DNA of 63,435 nt, filler included. It is 4 parts of 4 records of this genome, joined end to end, with 100 filler letters (N's around TTAATTAATTAA, not from the genome) between each part and the next. Parts side by side here need not be neighbours in the genome. Positions count along the whole stretch, not along the records: positions 32,565 to 57,078 come from SRR31156797_28087; positions 57,179 to 63,435 come from SRR31156797_28146; 2 more parts are not named here. One strand, 5' to 3'. The notes beneath the pieces are model-generated. The model was not told the origin of the DNA. It did not search any database and saw nothing but the letters and a program-made list of their open reading frames with translations. Within the stretch, counting starts at the first letter, position 1, and every line of letters begins with the position of its first letter. The translations under genes and the position numbers were made by a program. Positions 48,563-58,324 of the stretch are shown here, one piece after another.

Positions 48563-49324
48563 ATGCCAAGTCAAGCGATGGGGTATTATAGCGGGCACCG
48601 AGGTAAGCTTCTGAAAGACTTCGATTATACCTCCGGGCTGATGAGATCTTCTCTTGTCGCACGTTATGGGCATGAATTGGCCAGCACCTTGGAAAGAGAG
48701 GCGCGCAGAGAGTATGAAATGCTCCTTCCGGAGATCCCTTATATAAAAGGGAATCGCGCTAAAATGCTCAATACCTTTCTGCTCATTACCGCCCAGGAAC
48801 TTGCGGTCTATAAAGCGATGAAGACGTACGCTAAGCCCCCAGCAGAAGCATGGAAACTGTGCCACGAGGCGCTCCGCTGCAGACTCACTGAAATTCCCCC
48901 GTGGAAGCGGTGGTTGTTGAGGCGCTTTATGTTCTCTCCACTGGTGAGAATGATTATGGCGAGGCGAGCCAGGCTGCAACAGAAGGTTCGGTTTGGCGAT
49001 TTTGAGGTTGAGTACCTTGTTGGTGCAGGCAGCGAGTTTGATTTTGGTGTTAATTACCTTCAATGCAGCAATCAGACCTTTGTGAAAAAACACGGTGGAG
49101 AGGAGTTCGCTCCGTACATCTGCATGTCAGACATCGCGCTGAGCGAGGCGATGGGGTGGGGCCTTATCCGCACGCAAACCTTAGGCGATGGCTGTTCCCA
49201 TTGTGATTTCCGGTTCAAGGACGGAGCGGCCACACAGATTTCCTCGAAAACTCTCGAAGTGCAAGAGGCCATCGGGAAAATTTGCAGGAAAGAGGCCGAA
49301 CAAAACGCTGCATCGATTGACTGA
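48563..49324 (+). CDS. L-2-amino-thiazoline-4-carboxylic acid hydrolase family protein
   Basis: FDFGVNYLQC, YICMSD, RTQTLGDGCSHCDFRF. Confidence 0.85.
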   Translation: MPSQAMGYYSGHRGKLLKDFDYTSGLMRSSLVARYGHELASTLEREARREYEMLLPEIPYIKGNRAKMLNTFLLITAQELAVYKAMKTYAKPPAEAWKLCHEALRCRLTEIPPWKRWLLRRFMFSPLVRMIMARRARLQQKVRFGDFEVEYLVGAGSEFDFGVNYLQCSNQTFVKKHGGEEFAPYICMSDIALSEAMGWGLIRTQTLGDGCSHCDFRFKDGAATQISSKTLEVQEAIGKICRKEAEQNAASID

Positions 49325-49352
49325 CCGCCGTTGTTGCGTTTAGCTGTTAGGG
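49295..49352 (+). mobile_element. Degenerate attC-like site
   Basis: GCCGAAC...GTTAGGG, 58 bp, with internal AAACGC/GCGTTT pairing; overlaps the gene end. Confidence 0.4.
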
Positions 49353-49470
49353 AGCAAGGGGATACCTCATTATAGTAGGCAGTATATTGCTACGAGCAAA
49401 TAACTTCAGACCATCTAGTGCTTAAAATCAAACAGCAAGAGATGAAAAAGTTTATTCGAAGACCGCACTG

Positions 49471-50301
49471 TTAAAACGAGAAGGGGTCTGAGGGCGCTCC
49501 ACCATGGGTAGCAAGGAAATGTTCGACCAGCCTACGGGCAATGCTCGATTTTGGAGGGAGTATTGGCGGTAACCTCTCGCGGGTAAACCATTGAGCATCA
49601 ACTATTTCATCGTTGTCTATCTGTAGCAGGCCACCACTGAGGTGGGTGGTAAAGCCGACCATCATGGAATGGGGAAAGGGCCAAGGCTGACTGCCAAAAT
49701 AGCTGATGTCGTCCACCTTTAGATTGACTTCCTCAAAAATTTCGCGTTGGACTGCTTGTTCCATGGTTTCCCCGGGTTCGACAAATCCGGCGAGAGGACT
49801 GTACTTGCCTGCGGAAAAATGTTTGTTACGGGCGAGAAGAATCCGATCCCCATCGATGATGGACATGATAACTGCCGGCGAAATTCGGGGGTAACTGACC
49901 AGGCCGCAATTGCTGCAAAACTTGGCAATTTCAGTGCTGCTTTCGTTTACTTCTCGGCCGCACCGGCTGCAATACTGGTGGTCCCTGTTCCAACGCAGAA
50001 TTTGGAGGGCTCTTCCTGCCTGGGTTAACTGTTTGTCCGCGACATAGGGGTATAGACTGCGGAGGCTAATGAATGTCGTGTCAATCAACGTGGTGTCCTG
50101 GTTGAGGTCGACCACAATGGATGGGTATAGATCAGTATTGCTGTTTAGAAAACGATGGTATGTAACCTTGTTCTTGAGTGTTTCAGGAACTTCGCTGGGA
50201 AGGGTAAATTGATTACCATCTTGATGGATAAGAAGATTGTCGCCAAGAAAGATAAAGAACAGACACCCTGCAGGTAGTTTTTCTGGAAGAATATTTTTCA
50301 C
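49471..50301 (-). CDS. nudC: NAD(H) diphosphatase NudC
   Basis: Zn finger CSRCG...CSNCG, Nudix box, SQPWPFPHS. Confidence 0.93.
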   Translation of the reverse strand: MKNILPEKLPAGCLFFIFLGDNLLIHQDGNQFTLPSEVPETLKNKVTYHRFLNSNTDLYPSIVVDLNQDTTLIDTTFISLRSLYPYVADKQLTQAGRALQILRWNRDHQYCSRCGREVNESSTEIAKFCSNCGLVSYPRISPAVIMSIIDGDRILLARNKHFSAGKYSPLAGFVEPGETMEQAVQREIFEEVNLKVDDISYFGSQPWPFPHSMMVGFTTHLSGGLLQIDNDEIVDAQWFTRERLPPILPPKSSIARRLVEHFLATHGGAPSDPFSF

Positions 50302-50363
50302 ATTTTTTGCCCTTAACTAGCCAATCTAATGATTATGCTCTGCTGCCGTGCAAGCGAGGCCGA

Positions 50364-52139
50364 TCACATGGCAAGTCGCACTCTTTCAGGGTTAAGTTTT
50401 CGTTCCAGTCTTTTCGCATATTGGCTGAGCATGTAACAGCAAATAAAGTAAAGCACCGCGATGGTTGTGTAAATCTCAAACGGATAGAGCATGAGGCGGT
50501 TGTTGATGGAGTAGGCTGCTGTCGTCAGTTCCATTACCCCAATGATATAGGCCAGGGATGTGTCTTTAAAGGCAGCGATAAAGAGGCCGACAATGGCTGG
50601 CAGCATCTGTTTGAGTGCTTGGGGTAACACTATCCAGCGCATGGTCTGCAGGTAGCTCAGTCCGGTTGATTTGGCCGCCTCTACCTGGCCGGGTGGGATA
50701 TTATCGATCCCACCGCGTACAATTTCGGCTATATAGGCACCGAAAAAAATGGTCATTGCTACTACCGCACTCCAGAAGACATCAAGCTGGATTTTCAGCA
50801 TGGGAGGAACAAAGAAGTAGACCCAGAAAATAACCATAATAAGCGGATTACCGCGTATCAACTCGATGTAAAATATACAGGGAATTCGAGCTACCTTGTT
50901 TTTTGCCGAACGTCCAATACCGACCACCAAGCCAATGAAAAAACTTACCGTAATACAGATCAACGCCATGATTAGGGACATTGACAAGCCGCCAAGGCCC
51001 ATGAAAACCTCAGTGCTGCCGCCCTTGGGAAAACGCCAGAAAAGAAGTGCTGCCAGGTTGTCCCATATAATTTGATAGTTAAAAGACGATAAGCCTCGTC
51101 CAGCTTGGTAAATGAGGCTGATCAGAAAAAGGATAAACAGAATTTTCGCGCCATTCTTGATGGTGCGCCAACTCATTTGCCTAAATTTAACCAATGCTAC
51201 CTGGGTTTGCGAGAGGGTCTTAGTGTCTACAGGGGGACGCTGGAAAAGGCCTGCAACACGTGTAAGGGCAGTATTAAGCAGAATAAAGGGCGCAAAAAGA
51301 ACATCTGCAAACCTGCGCATGAAAGTTTTGTCTGCCTGGTTAACAATCTTGAGCTTGGCGTTAACCAGATTGAGAAACAGAGAAATGAGCAAAGAGAGGG
51401 CCAGGTATATGCCGGTTGCAGCAGCGGTAGCCTCGAAGCCGCTATAGGTAAGTGCCTCCACTTCTTGTGCCGACCAGCAGACCTCGGCGACTCCAACTGT
51501 CATTGCCAGGGAGGAGTTTTTCATGTTGTTGAGAAATTCACTGCCAAGCGGCGGCATAATTTCCCGAAAAGCCAGCGGAAGAATGATCTTTCTCAGTGAT
51601 TGGCCATAGGTCATCCCCGAGGAGTAGGAAGCTTCAAGCAGGCCTTTGGGAACAGACTGGATACCTGCCCGGATAATTTCTGCCATGAAGGAACTGGTGT
51701 AGACCCCAAGGCCAAGGGTGGCAACCCAGAACTCAAAGTCCATGTTAAAAAGCGTTAGCCGCACCTGTTCTGGCAAACCGGCAGGCAGGGCAAAGTTCCA
51801 GAAAAAGAGCTGCACCAACAGCGGGGTATTTCGAAAAAACTCAACATAGGCCGTGGCAAATCCATACACTGGCTTAAACTGAGAGAGTCTTCCCAGGCCA
51901 AAGAGGGTGCCGAGGATCAGGGCAATAACTGAAGAGTAAAGTGATATGGTGATTGTGAGTCTGAGCCCGTTAAGGAGCAGTTCTCCCATATTGCCGTATT
52001 CTGTTTCACTGTAAAGTACGGCCCAGTGAAAATCATAATCAAAGTGAAAAAAGAAGCCAAAATAGCATCCTATCAATCCCAGCAGGGTGATAAGGGCCAG
52101 GTTCTGTACCCAGGGCTTTTCGAAATAGTACTGCAGCAT
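50364..52139 (-). CDS. Polar amino-acid ABC transporter, fused double permease
   Basis: Two HisM/GlnP-type modules (FRNTPLLVQ...EAS and IRGNPLIM...EAA). Confidence 0.92.
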   Translation of the reverse strand: MLQYYFEKPWVQNLALITLLGLIGCYFGFFFHFDYDFHWAVLYSETEYGNMGELLLNGLRLTITISLYSSVIALILGTLFGLGRLSQFKPVYGFATAYVEFFRNTPLLVQLFFWNFALPAGLPEQVRLTLFNMDFEFWVATLGLGVYTSSFMAEIIRAGIQSVPKGLLEASYSSGMTYGQSLRKIILPLAFREIMPPLGSEFLNNMKNSSLAMTVGVAEVCWSAQEVEALTYSGFEATAAATGIYLALSLLISLFLNLVNAKLKIVNQADKTFMRRFADVLFAPFILLNTALTRVAGLFQRPPVDTKTLSQTQVALVKFRQMSWRTIKNGAKILFILFLISLIYQAGRGLSSFNYQIIWDNLAALLFWRFPKGGSTEVFMGLGGLSMSLIMALICITVSFFIGLVVGIGRSAKNKVARIPCIFYIELIRGNPLIMVIFWVYFFVPPMLKIQLDVFWSAVVAMTIFFGAYIAEIVRGGIDNIPPGQVEAAKSTGLSYLQTMRWIVLPQALKQMLPAIVGLFIAAFKDTSLAYIIGVMELTTAAYSINNRLMLYPFEIYTTIAVLYFICCYMLSQYAKRLERKLNPERVRLAM

Positions 52140-52255
52140 GGTCGGCCTTAAATAGTCATCCCGGAGCGGATGCTCCGGGATGTGCGCTTGTTGGATGTAT
52201 TCTGTACGGGGAAACCGTTACAGTTTATTGTCCAGTTTGCTTTTATCTCTGCGGC

Positions 52256-53083
52256 TTAAGGCCACATTTCAATTTTTTCGGTCATTGGAAAAGGTGTTTC
52301 AGTATCAGGTCCGAACCACTTGTTGTACAATTCCATGTATTTCCCATCTTTCCACATGTCCTGGATGGTGAAGTTTATAGCATCACGCCACGCAGAATCA
52401 TCCTCGGGGAGACCAACGCCGTAAGGCTCATCAGAGATGAACTCGCCAACCAATTCATATTTTCCAGGCTCTTTGGCAGCAAGGGCGATGAGCAGGGTGG
52501 AGTCAGTGCTGATTGCTTGTACACGACCGGATCGCAGTGCTTCAAACATCTCGACTTCATTTTGGTAACCAGTAACCTTAGGGTTGCTGTCGCCAAGTCT
52601 TTTCAGATAGGCTTTAGCGTTGACAATAGAAGTCGTTCCCTGCATGGAACCAACTTTTTTTCCTGCAAGATCTTTGGGATCTTTAATGGTGCCTACTGGT
52701 GCCAGAATTTTTTGGCCATCAAAAAAGTAGGTAATAGAAAAATCGATTTTTTCATCACGAACACGCTTGTGGGTCATGTTGGAAAGGACCATGTCCACTT
52801 TTGGAGGATTCGTCTGGACAAAAGAAATGCGGGTTTTATTATTGACGACTACCGGCTCAAACTTAACGCCGAGACGTTTAGCGATTTCCATGGCAACATC
52901 CATGTCAAAGCCAACCCACTCATTGTTGGCATCGATAAAACCAAATGGTTTACCCTTGTTGGTGATTCCCGCTTTGACAACTTTGTCTTTCATGACGCGG
53001 TCATAAGTTGGTCCTGCTAAAACCATGCAGGCCGATGCAAACAACAAGACTGCGGTCAACGCACTGATTTTAAAACCTTTCAT
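52256..53083 (-). CDS. Polar amino-acid ABC substrate-binding protein
   Basis: Signal peptide, PFGF, GFDMD, MTH..VRDEKIDFS.TYF, EPYGVG. Confidence 0.93.
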   Translation of the reverse strand: MKGFKISALTAVLLFASACMVLAGPTYDRVMKDKVVKAGITNKGKPFGFIDANNEWVGFDMDVAMEIAKRLGVKFEPVVVNNKTRISFVQTNPPKVDMVLSNMTHKRVRDEKIDFSITYFFDGQKILAPVGTIKDPKDLAGKKVGSMQGTTSIVNAKAYLKRLGDSNPKVTGYQNEVEMFEALRSGRVQAISTDSTLLIALAAKEPGKYELVGEFISDEPYGVGLPEDDSAWRDAINFTIQDMWKDGKYMELYNKWFGPDTETPFPMTEKIEMWP

Positions 53084-53173
53084 TGATCTCTCCTTGTGCA
53101 GAAAAGGATTTATGAGTTACTGCCGGCGGCTCCATGCTGCAAGCAGGTACTGCTTTTTTAAGGCTACCTTGAA

Positions 53174-53902
53174 TTAGTGGCTGAGAATTTTACTTAGGAA
53201 ATCCTTGGTTCGCTGGTGCTGTGGGTTATTGAAAAAGATTTCCGGATTATTCTGTTCTACCAGTTTGCCGTGGTCCATAAAAATAACCCGGTCTGCCACT
53301 TCTCTGGCAAAGCCCATTTCGTGGGTAACACAGACCATGGTCATTCCTTCCTCGGCAAGGGATTTCATGACGTCGAGTACTTCGTTGATCATCTCCGGGT
53401 CGAGCGCACTGGTTGGCTCGTCAAAGAGCATGATTTTAGGCTGCATGGCAAGACCACGGGCAATGGCAACCCGTTGTTGTTGGCCTCCTGATAATTGAGA
53501 GGGGTAAAAATCCGCCTTGTCCGGAATATCAACCTTCTCCAGCAGTTCCATGGCAACCGTAGCGGCCTTTTTGCCGGACATTTTCCTGACCATTGTCGGT
53601 GCCAGGGTGACATTTTCGAGCACGGTCATATGGGGATACAGGTTGAACTGTTGAAAAACGAAGCCGACTTCAGCCCGGAGGTGGGTCATGTTGGTGGCAG
53701 GATTGTTGACATTCATCCCGTCTACTTCAATGTCTCCTTCCTGGATTGGTTCCAATCGATTGATACAGCGGATAAGCGTGCTTTTTCCCGATCCTGAAGG
53801 TCCACAGATAACGACAACCTCACCCTTGCTGATTTCCAGGTTGATATCGTCGAGAACGTGAAAATCCCCAAACCATTTATTGACTTTGTTAAACGTAATC
53901 AC
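53174..53902 (-). CDS. Polar amino-acid ABC ATP-binding protein (GlnQ-like)
   Basis: [28 protein letters not shown]. Confidence 0.95.
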   Translation of the reverse strand: MITFNKVNKWFGDFHVLDDINLEISKGEVVVICGPSGSGKSTLIRCINRLEPIQEGDIEVDGMNVNNPATNMTHLRAEVGFVFQQFNLYPHMTVLENVTLAPTMVRKMSGKKAATVAMELLEKVDIPDKADFYPSQLSGGQQQRVAIARGLAMQPKIMLFDEPTSALDPEMINEVLDVMKSLAEEGMTMVCVTHEMGFAREVADRVIFMDHGKLVEQNNPEIFFNNPQHQRTKDFLSKILSH

Positions 53903-54037
53903 AGTAGCCTCAGCGACAAAATGATACGGGGAAACAATAATGCTTCACGCCATACCAGCATATTTTTTTAAAAGGATAATAGTCAGTAAACATAGTCGCA
54001 AGCCTTTGCAGGCGCAATCAAATGATGAACCAGATAC

Positions 54038-55441
54038 TTATTTTTCGTTGCTCTGCGGGGCCAGCGCCTTCTCTGTGTCGAAAAAGGTGGCATGCAACGC
54101 ATGTATCCCCTGGTGGAGCTTGTCCTTATGGAGCAGGAAATAGAGTGCGGCCTTGGAAGGGCCAAAGGAAATGAGTTCCACATTTATGTCTACGTCGGCG
54201 ATGGCAGAGAAACATCTGGCAGCTACCCCTTTGCTGGATGATATCCCTTCTCCGACAATGGCCAACAGCACCAGTTGGTCCTCTTTTTCAAGCATTCTAA
54301 AAGGGACGGGTTCAATCTGCATAAGGGCGTTGTATGCTGGCTTAAGATCATCTTGGGATAGGAGGAAGGTTATGCAGGTCTGGGTGGCAACTACAGACTT
54401 GATATTAAGCCCGGCATCTGTAATAGCTCCGGCAACTATACTTAAAATACCTGGCCGGTATCCAACACCTGAGGCATGTACCTTAAGGATGCTGATATCT
54501 TCGGTATAAGTGATACTTTTGATAATCTTGGCAGCCTGTCCTGATTTGTTGGAGATGACAGAACCCTGGCGATCAGGATTCATTGTGTTTTTGATCACAA
54601 TTCCAATGTTTCGCTGTCGGACCGGTTCCACCGTGCGTGGATGGAGGATGGTCGCTCCAAAGTAAGAAAGCTCTGCGCACTCCTCGTAGGAGAGTCGGTC
54701 TATAAATGCAGCCTCAGGGACGAGTTTGGGATCAGAGGTCATAAACCCGTCAACATCTTTCCAAATTTCCAGGATTTCGGCATCCACTGCAGCAGCAATG
54801 GCTGCTGCAGAATAGTCGCTGCCGCCTCTGCCAAAAGTGGTAATGTTACCTGACTGACTAATTCCGTAAAAACCAGGGACAAAAACGATTTCATGTTCGC
54901 TCAGATAGGGAATCAGTGTTTCCTTGACCGCCTCAGCCGTGGCTTTCAGGTCGACTGTGGCGTCGCCGAATTTACCGTCGGTATAAAGTTTAAGGTGCTG
55001 AGGGAGCAGGCAGCCACAGTTTTGGCCATATGATCGCAGGGCCCATGTCAGGAGTTGCGCTGAAAAGCGTTCGCCTATGCAGCTAATGGCATCCTTCATT
55101 TTTGGGGTGAGTTCCCCGGTGAAGTTTAAACCGAAGTAGTAGCGTTCAAGCTGTTTGAGGGTCTCGGCCAGGTCGGCTTTGTAATTCTGGATGCATTCTT
55201 CAGAATCCATGAGCTGGGAGGCGACCGAAAGGTGGAGCTTGAGAATGATTTCAAGATGAGGAAGAATCTTTTCTTCATCCTCCAGGGCTTTGCTGATGCC
55301 GCCGATCAGAATGTCGGTTACGCCGTAAAGTGCTGAAACTACGATGACATTGCCTTTTCCGTAGGTGGGGATAAGGTGTGAAATTTGACGGATAGTCTTG
55401 ATACCTTTGAGGCAGCCGCCGCCGATCTTAATGACTTTCAT
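54038..55441 (-). CDS. Aspartate kinase with two ACT domains
   Basis: KIGG, VVSA..GVTD, GERFS, TTFGRGGSDYSA, DVDG.MTSDP, ELSYFGA.ILHP. Confidence 0.93.
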   Translation of the reverse strand: MKVIKIGGGCLKGIKTIRQISHLIPTYGKGNVIVVSALYGVTDILIGGISKALEDEEKILPHLEIILKLHLSVASQLMDSEECIQNYKADLAETLKQLERYYFGLNFTGELTPKMKDAISCIGERFSAQLLTWALRSYGQNCGCLLPQHLKLYTDGKFGDATVDLKATAEAVKETLIPYLSEHEIVFVPGFYGISQSGNITTFGRGGSDYSAAAIAAAVDAEILEIWKDVDGFMTSDPKLVPEAAFIDRLSYEECAELSYFGATILHPRTVEPVRQRNIGIVIKNTMNPDRQGSVISNKSGQAAKIIKSITYTEDISILKVHASGVGYRPGILSIVAGAITDAGLNIKSVVATQTCITFLLSQDDLKPAYNALMQIEPVPFRMLEKEDQLVLLAIVGEGISSSKGVAARCFSAIADVDINVELISFGPSKAALYFLLHKDKLHQGIHALHATFFDTEKALAPQSNEK

Positions 55442-55724
55442 TTTCAGGTAGCTATTTTTGGAGTCTAGAGTAATGATGAGCTGATTTAGCTGTAACTATT
55501 CAATTTATGGACTTGTTGAATAGGCCAAAGTCCTCAAAAAATCAACATAATGTTGACGGTTCTCTGAAAAGAGCAATCCGGTGTGCAGCGCCATGCTTCT
55601 TACATTTCCCTCAAGGGACTCCCAGGGCTAGCCTTGCGGGGGAGGGCTGCAGCACGGTTTACGTTTTAAAGTGGTAAAAGTTTGTTTGTTTAAATGTTGT
55701 TTTAACTCTCACAGGAGGAGACGT

Positions 55725-56504
55725 ATGTCGTACACACATCTTATCACGGAAGTAAGCGAACGTTTTGTCGGTACTATTGTCCTTAATCGTCCTGACCAGC
55801 TGAATACTTTTAATAGTGTAATCGCAGGTGAACTTGCCTGTGCTTTGAAAGGGATGGATGATGATACTGCGGTACGGGTGATATTAATAAAAGGTGCGGG
55901 CAAGGCTTTTTGTGCGGGGATTGATGTTAATGAACTCGAAAATAAGACTGCAATGGAGTATCGCGCCTGGATCGAGCACATGGAACAACCCTTGATGACC
56001 ATTGCCAAAATGAAGAAACCCGTCATCGCTCAGGTTCAGGGAGTTGCCGCAGCAAATGGAATGGGACTGGTTGCAGCAGCAGATCTTGCCATTGGTGCAG
56101 AAAATGCCAAGATGGGATTAACTGCGATTAATGTAGGGCTCAACTGTGTTGGTCCGATTGTTCCGGTTGCCAGGTGCGTAGGACGAAAAAAAGCATTGGA
56201 ATTACTTCTTTATGGTGACCTGATAAAGGCACCGGAAGCGAAGGATCTTGGATTGTTGAACAGGATAGTACCCAAAGAAGATCTGGAAGCTGAGGCTCTT
56301 GCCTGGGCAGAGACCCTGGCTAAAAAGAGCCCGATTGCTGTCCAGATTGCCAAGCAGGGATTCTATTCCTCGGAAGATATGGAATATTTCAAACAGTTTG
56401 ATCTCATGAACGAAGCCTTTGCCCGGCTCTGCACCACCGACGATGCCAAGGAAGGGGTCAAGGCCTTTTTCGAACGGCGAAATCCAGAGTGGACGTTGAA
56501 ATAA
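55725..56504 (+). CDS. Enoyl-CoA hydratase/isomerase (crotonase) family protein
   Basis: LNRP..LN, AFCAGID, KPVIAQVQG, DAKEGVKAF; RBS AGGAGG. Confidence 0.9.
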   Translation: MSYTHLITEVSERFVGTIVLNRPDQLNTFNSVIAGELACALKGMDDDTAVRVILIKGAGKAFCAGIDVNELENKTAMEYRAWIEHMEQPLMTIAKMKKPVIAQVQGVAAANGMGLVAAADLAIGAENAKMGLTAINVGLNCVGPIVPVARCVGRKKALELLLYGDLIKAPEAKDLGLLNRIVPKEDLEAEALAWAETLAKKSPIAVQIAKQGFYSSEDMEYFKQFDLMNEAFARLCTTDDAKEGVKAFFERRNPEWTLK

Positions 56505-56552
56505 AATTTTTGACAGCTTGATTGAGAATAATTGCTGAGTATAGAAACAGCC

Positions 56553-56594
56553 GCTCCCGTTACCTGCTCATTATCAGGTAGCGGGAGCTTTTTT
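56553..56594 (+). terminator. Intrinsic terminator between convergent genes
   Basis: GCTCCCGTTACCTG...CAGGTAGCGGGAGC-TTTTTT. Confidence 0.75.
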
Positions 56595-56627
56595 ATTTTC
56601 TTTGGCCTGCTTTGCAGGATCGGCCCC

Positions 56628-57078
56628 TTACACCTTAAAACTACTTACTATATCATTGAGTTGAGTTGCGCTCTCAAGAAGATCACTCGCATTATCCTCA
56701 ACCTCTTTGCTACCAGCTGAAATATTTTGCGATGCTAAAGAAACTTCGGCAATGTCTTGGGTTATATGGGACGCAACCGAAGAACTCTGCGATACGTTTT
56801 CGTTTACCTCTTGAATACCTTGGCTTGTCTGGGCAATATTTTGTGCTATTTCGCTTGTGGTTGCAGTCTGCTCCTCCACTGCCGTAGCGATTGTACCAAC
56901 AGTCTCGTTAACCCCGCCAATAACTTCTGTAATACTGTTGATACCATGGCCGGTTTTCTCAGTTGTATTTTGAACAGCTTCAACCAATGTCTTGATCTCA
57001 AGAGTGGCCTCAGCCGTCTGCTTGGCCAATTCCTTAATTTCATTAGCAACAACAGCAAAACCCTTGCCCGCCTCTCCT
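56628..57078 (-). CDS. Methyl-accepting chemotaxis protein, C-terminal fragment
   Basis: GEAGKGFAVVANEIKELAKQT...AVEEQ...FKV; 5' end cut by contig edge. Confidence 0.92.
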
Positions 57079-57178
57079 NNNNNNNNNNNNNNNNNNNNNN
57101 NNNNNNNNNNNNNNNNNNNNNNTTAATTAATTAANNNNNNNNNNNNNNNNNNNNNNNNNNNNNNNNNNNNNNNNNNNN
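57079..57178. other. Artificial contig spacer
   Basis: N44-TTAATTAATTAA-N44; sequence is much more AT-rich after it. Confidence 0.99.
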
Positions 57179-57179
57179 A

Positions 57180-57971
57180 GCGGCAACTGCTGGAGAAGCA
57201 GGGAAAGGATTTGCGGTAGTTGCAGGGGAAGTAAGAAACCTTGCAAGTAGGAGTGCTGAGGCTGCTAGTGAGATTAAAGCACTTGTTGAAAATGCTACAA
57301 ATAAAGCAAATGCAGGGAAACAAGTTGCTACCAATATGATCGATGGATATAAACAACTCAATCTTAATATTAACGATACAACTACTCTTATTAGTGAAGT
57401 TGCACAATCTTCACAAGATCAACAAAATGCGATTATCCAAATCAATGACGCTATTACTGACCTTGATCAAACAACACAAAAGAACTCTTCAGTTGCAGGA
57501 GAGATATCATCACTATCAAATAATATTGAGCAAATGTCAAATAATCTTGTAAGTGCGGCAGCAAAAGCTAGCTTTTTACAAGAGACGAGAAAACAAGTAT
57601 GTGATGTAGATCTTATCTATGAGATCGCTGATCTTAAAGTTGCATTATTTAACTATAAAGATGATGTATATTCAAGACTTGCAAATCATACAGATAATCA
57701 AGTAGTTCCATTTAAACAACTTGATACTTGGTTAGAAAATTTTCACAAAAAATACCCTGAACTTGACAACTCTACAGTGAAAAATTTAAAATCTATGAAC
57801 CAAAGTCTTTACCAAAATCTTAAAAATCTTATGGATTCTTGTGCAAAAAACGAGACAAATAATGTAATTAATGATTTTGCAAAGAATGTTGAGATAGAAT
57901 CTATGAGGATTTTTGGAACTCTTAACCATATTAAAGAGATCAAATGTATAAACGAAGGGGTAAAAGCTTAA
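57180..57971 (+). CDS. Methyl-accepting chemotaxis protein, C-terminal fragment with CZB-like terminal domain
   Basis: AATAGEAGKGFAVVAGEVRNLASRSAEAA; about 115 extra helical residues after the signalling domain; 5' truncated. Confidence 0.9.
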   Translation, partial: AATAGEAGKGFAVVAGEVRNLASRSAEAASEIKALVENATNKANAGKQVATNMIDGYKQLNLNINDTTTLISEVAQSSQDQQNAIIQINDAITDLDQTTQKNSSVAGEISSLSNNIEQMSNNLVSAAAKASFLQETRKQVCDVDLIYEIADLKVALFNYKDDVYSRLANHTDNQVVPFKQLDTWLENFHKKYPELDNSTVKNLKSMNQSLYQNLKNLMDSCAKNETNNVINDFAKNVEIESMRIFGTLNHIKEIKCINEGVKA

Positions 57972-58324
57972 TGGAAAAACAAGAAATAATTGGACAACTA
58001 TGTGAAATCATTGAAGAATCTGAAAAAATGACAAATGAAGTTATGGATCATCTTGACATTGTTTTAGACAAATTAGGTGAATTAACTGAAAGTAAAAATT
58101 TACAAAGTGATATTGACTCTATAAAAAACAATATCTTTGTAACACTAGAATCGATGCAAGCACAAGATGCACATAGACAAAAAATGGAGCGTGTTGTCAA
58201 CACTTTAGATCCAGAAAATGGGAAGTTTGCATCAAGTGCAAAACATATCACAGGAGATAAAGATGATGGTGATCTTGTATCTGCTGATGAGTTAGAAGCA
58301 CTTATTGCAGCTGCAAATGCTTAA
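57971..58324 (+). CDS. Short CheZ-like phosphatase (Campylobacterota type)
   Basis: MQAQDAHRQKMERV (DxxxQ) and C-terminal DLVSADELEALI; TAATG coupling to the MCP. Confidence 0.75.
   Translation: MEKQEIIGQLCEIIEESEKMTNEVMDHLDIVLDKLGELTESKNLQSDIDSIKNNIFVTLESMQAQDAHRQKMERVVNTLDPENGKFASSAKHITGDKDDGDLVSADELEALIAAANA

Noticed and set aside
55442-55724. Possible lysine riboswitch upstream of aspartate kinase
   Set aside because: Only generic hairpins (CTATTCAA/TTGAATAG, TCAACATAATGTTGA); no L-box conserved motifs seen.
10550-57178. Three identical N-flanked TTAATTAATTAA elements
   Set aside because: Artificial linkers with stops in all six frames; adjacency across them has no biological meaning.
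56628-57971. Two MCP fragments on either side of a spacer, both broken at GEAGKGFAVVA
   Set aside because: Base composition indicates different organisms; assemblies often break at this multi-copy motif. Not an inversion or split gene.
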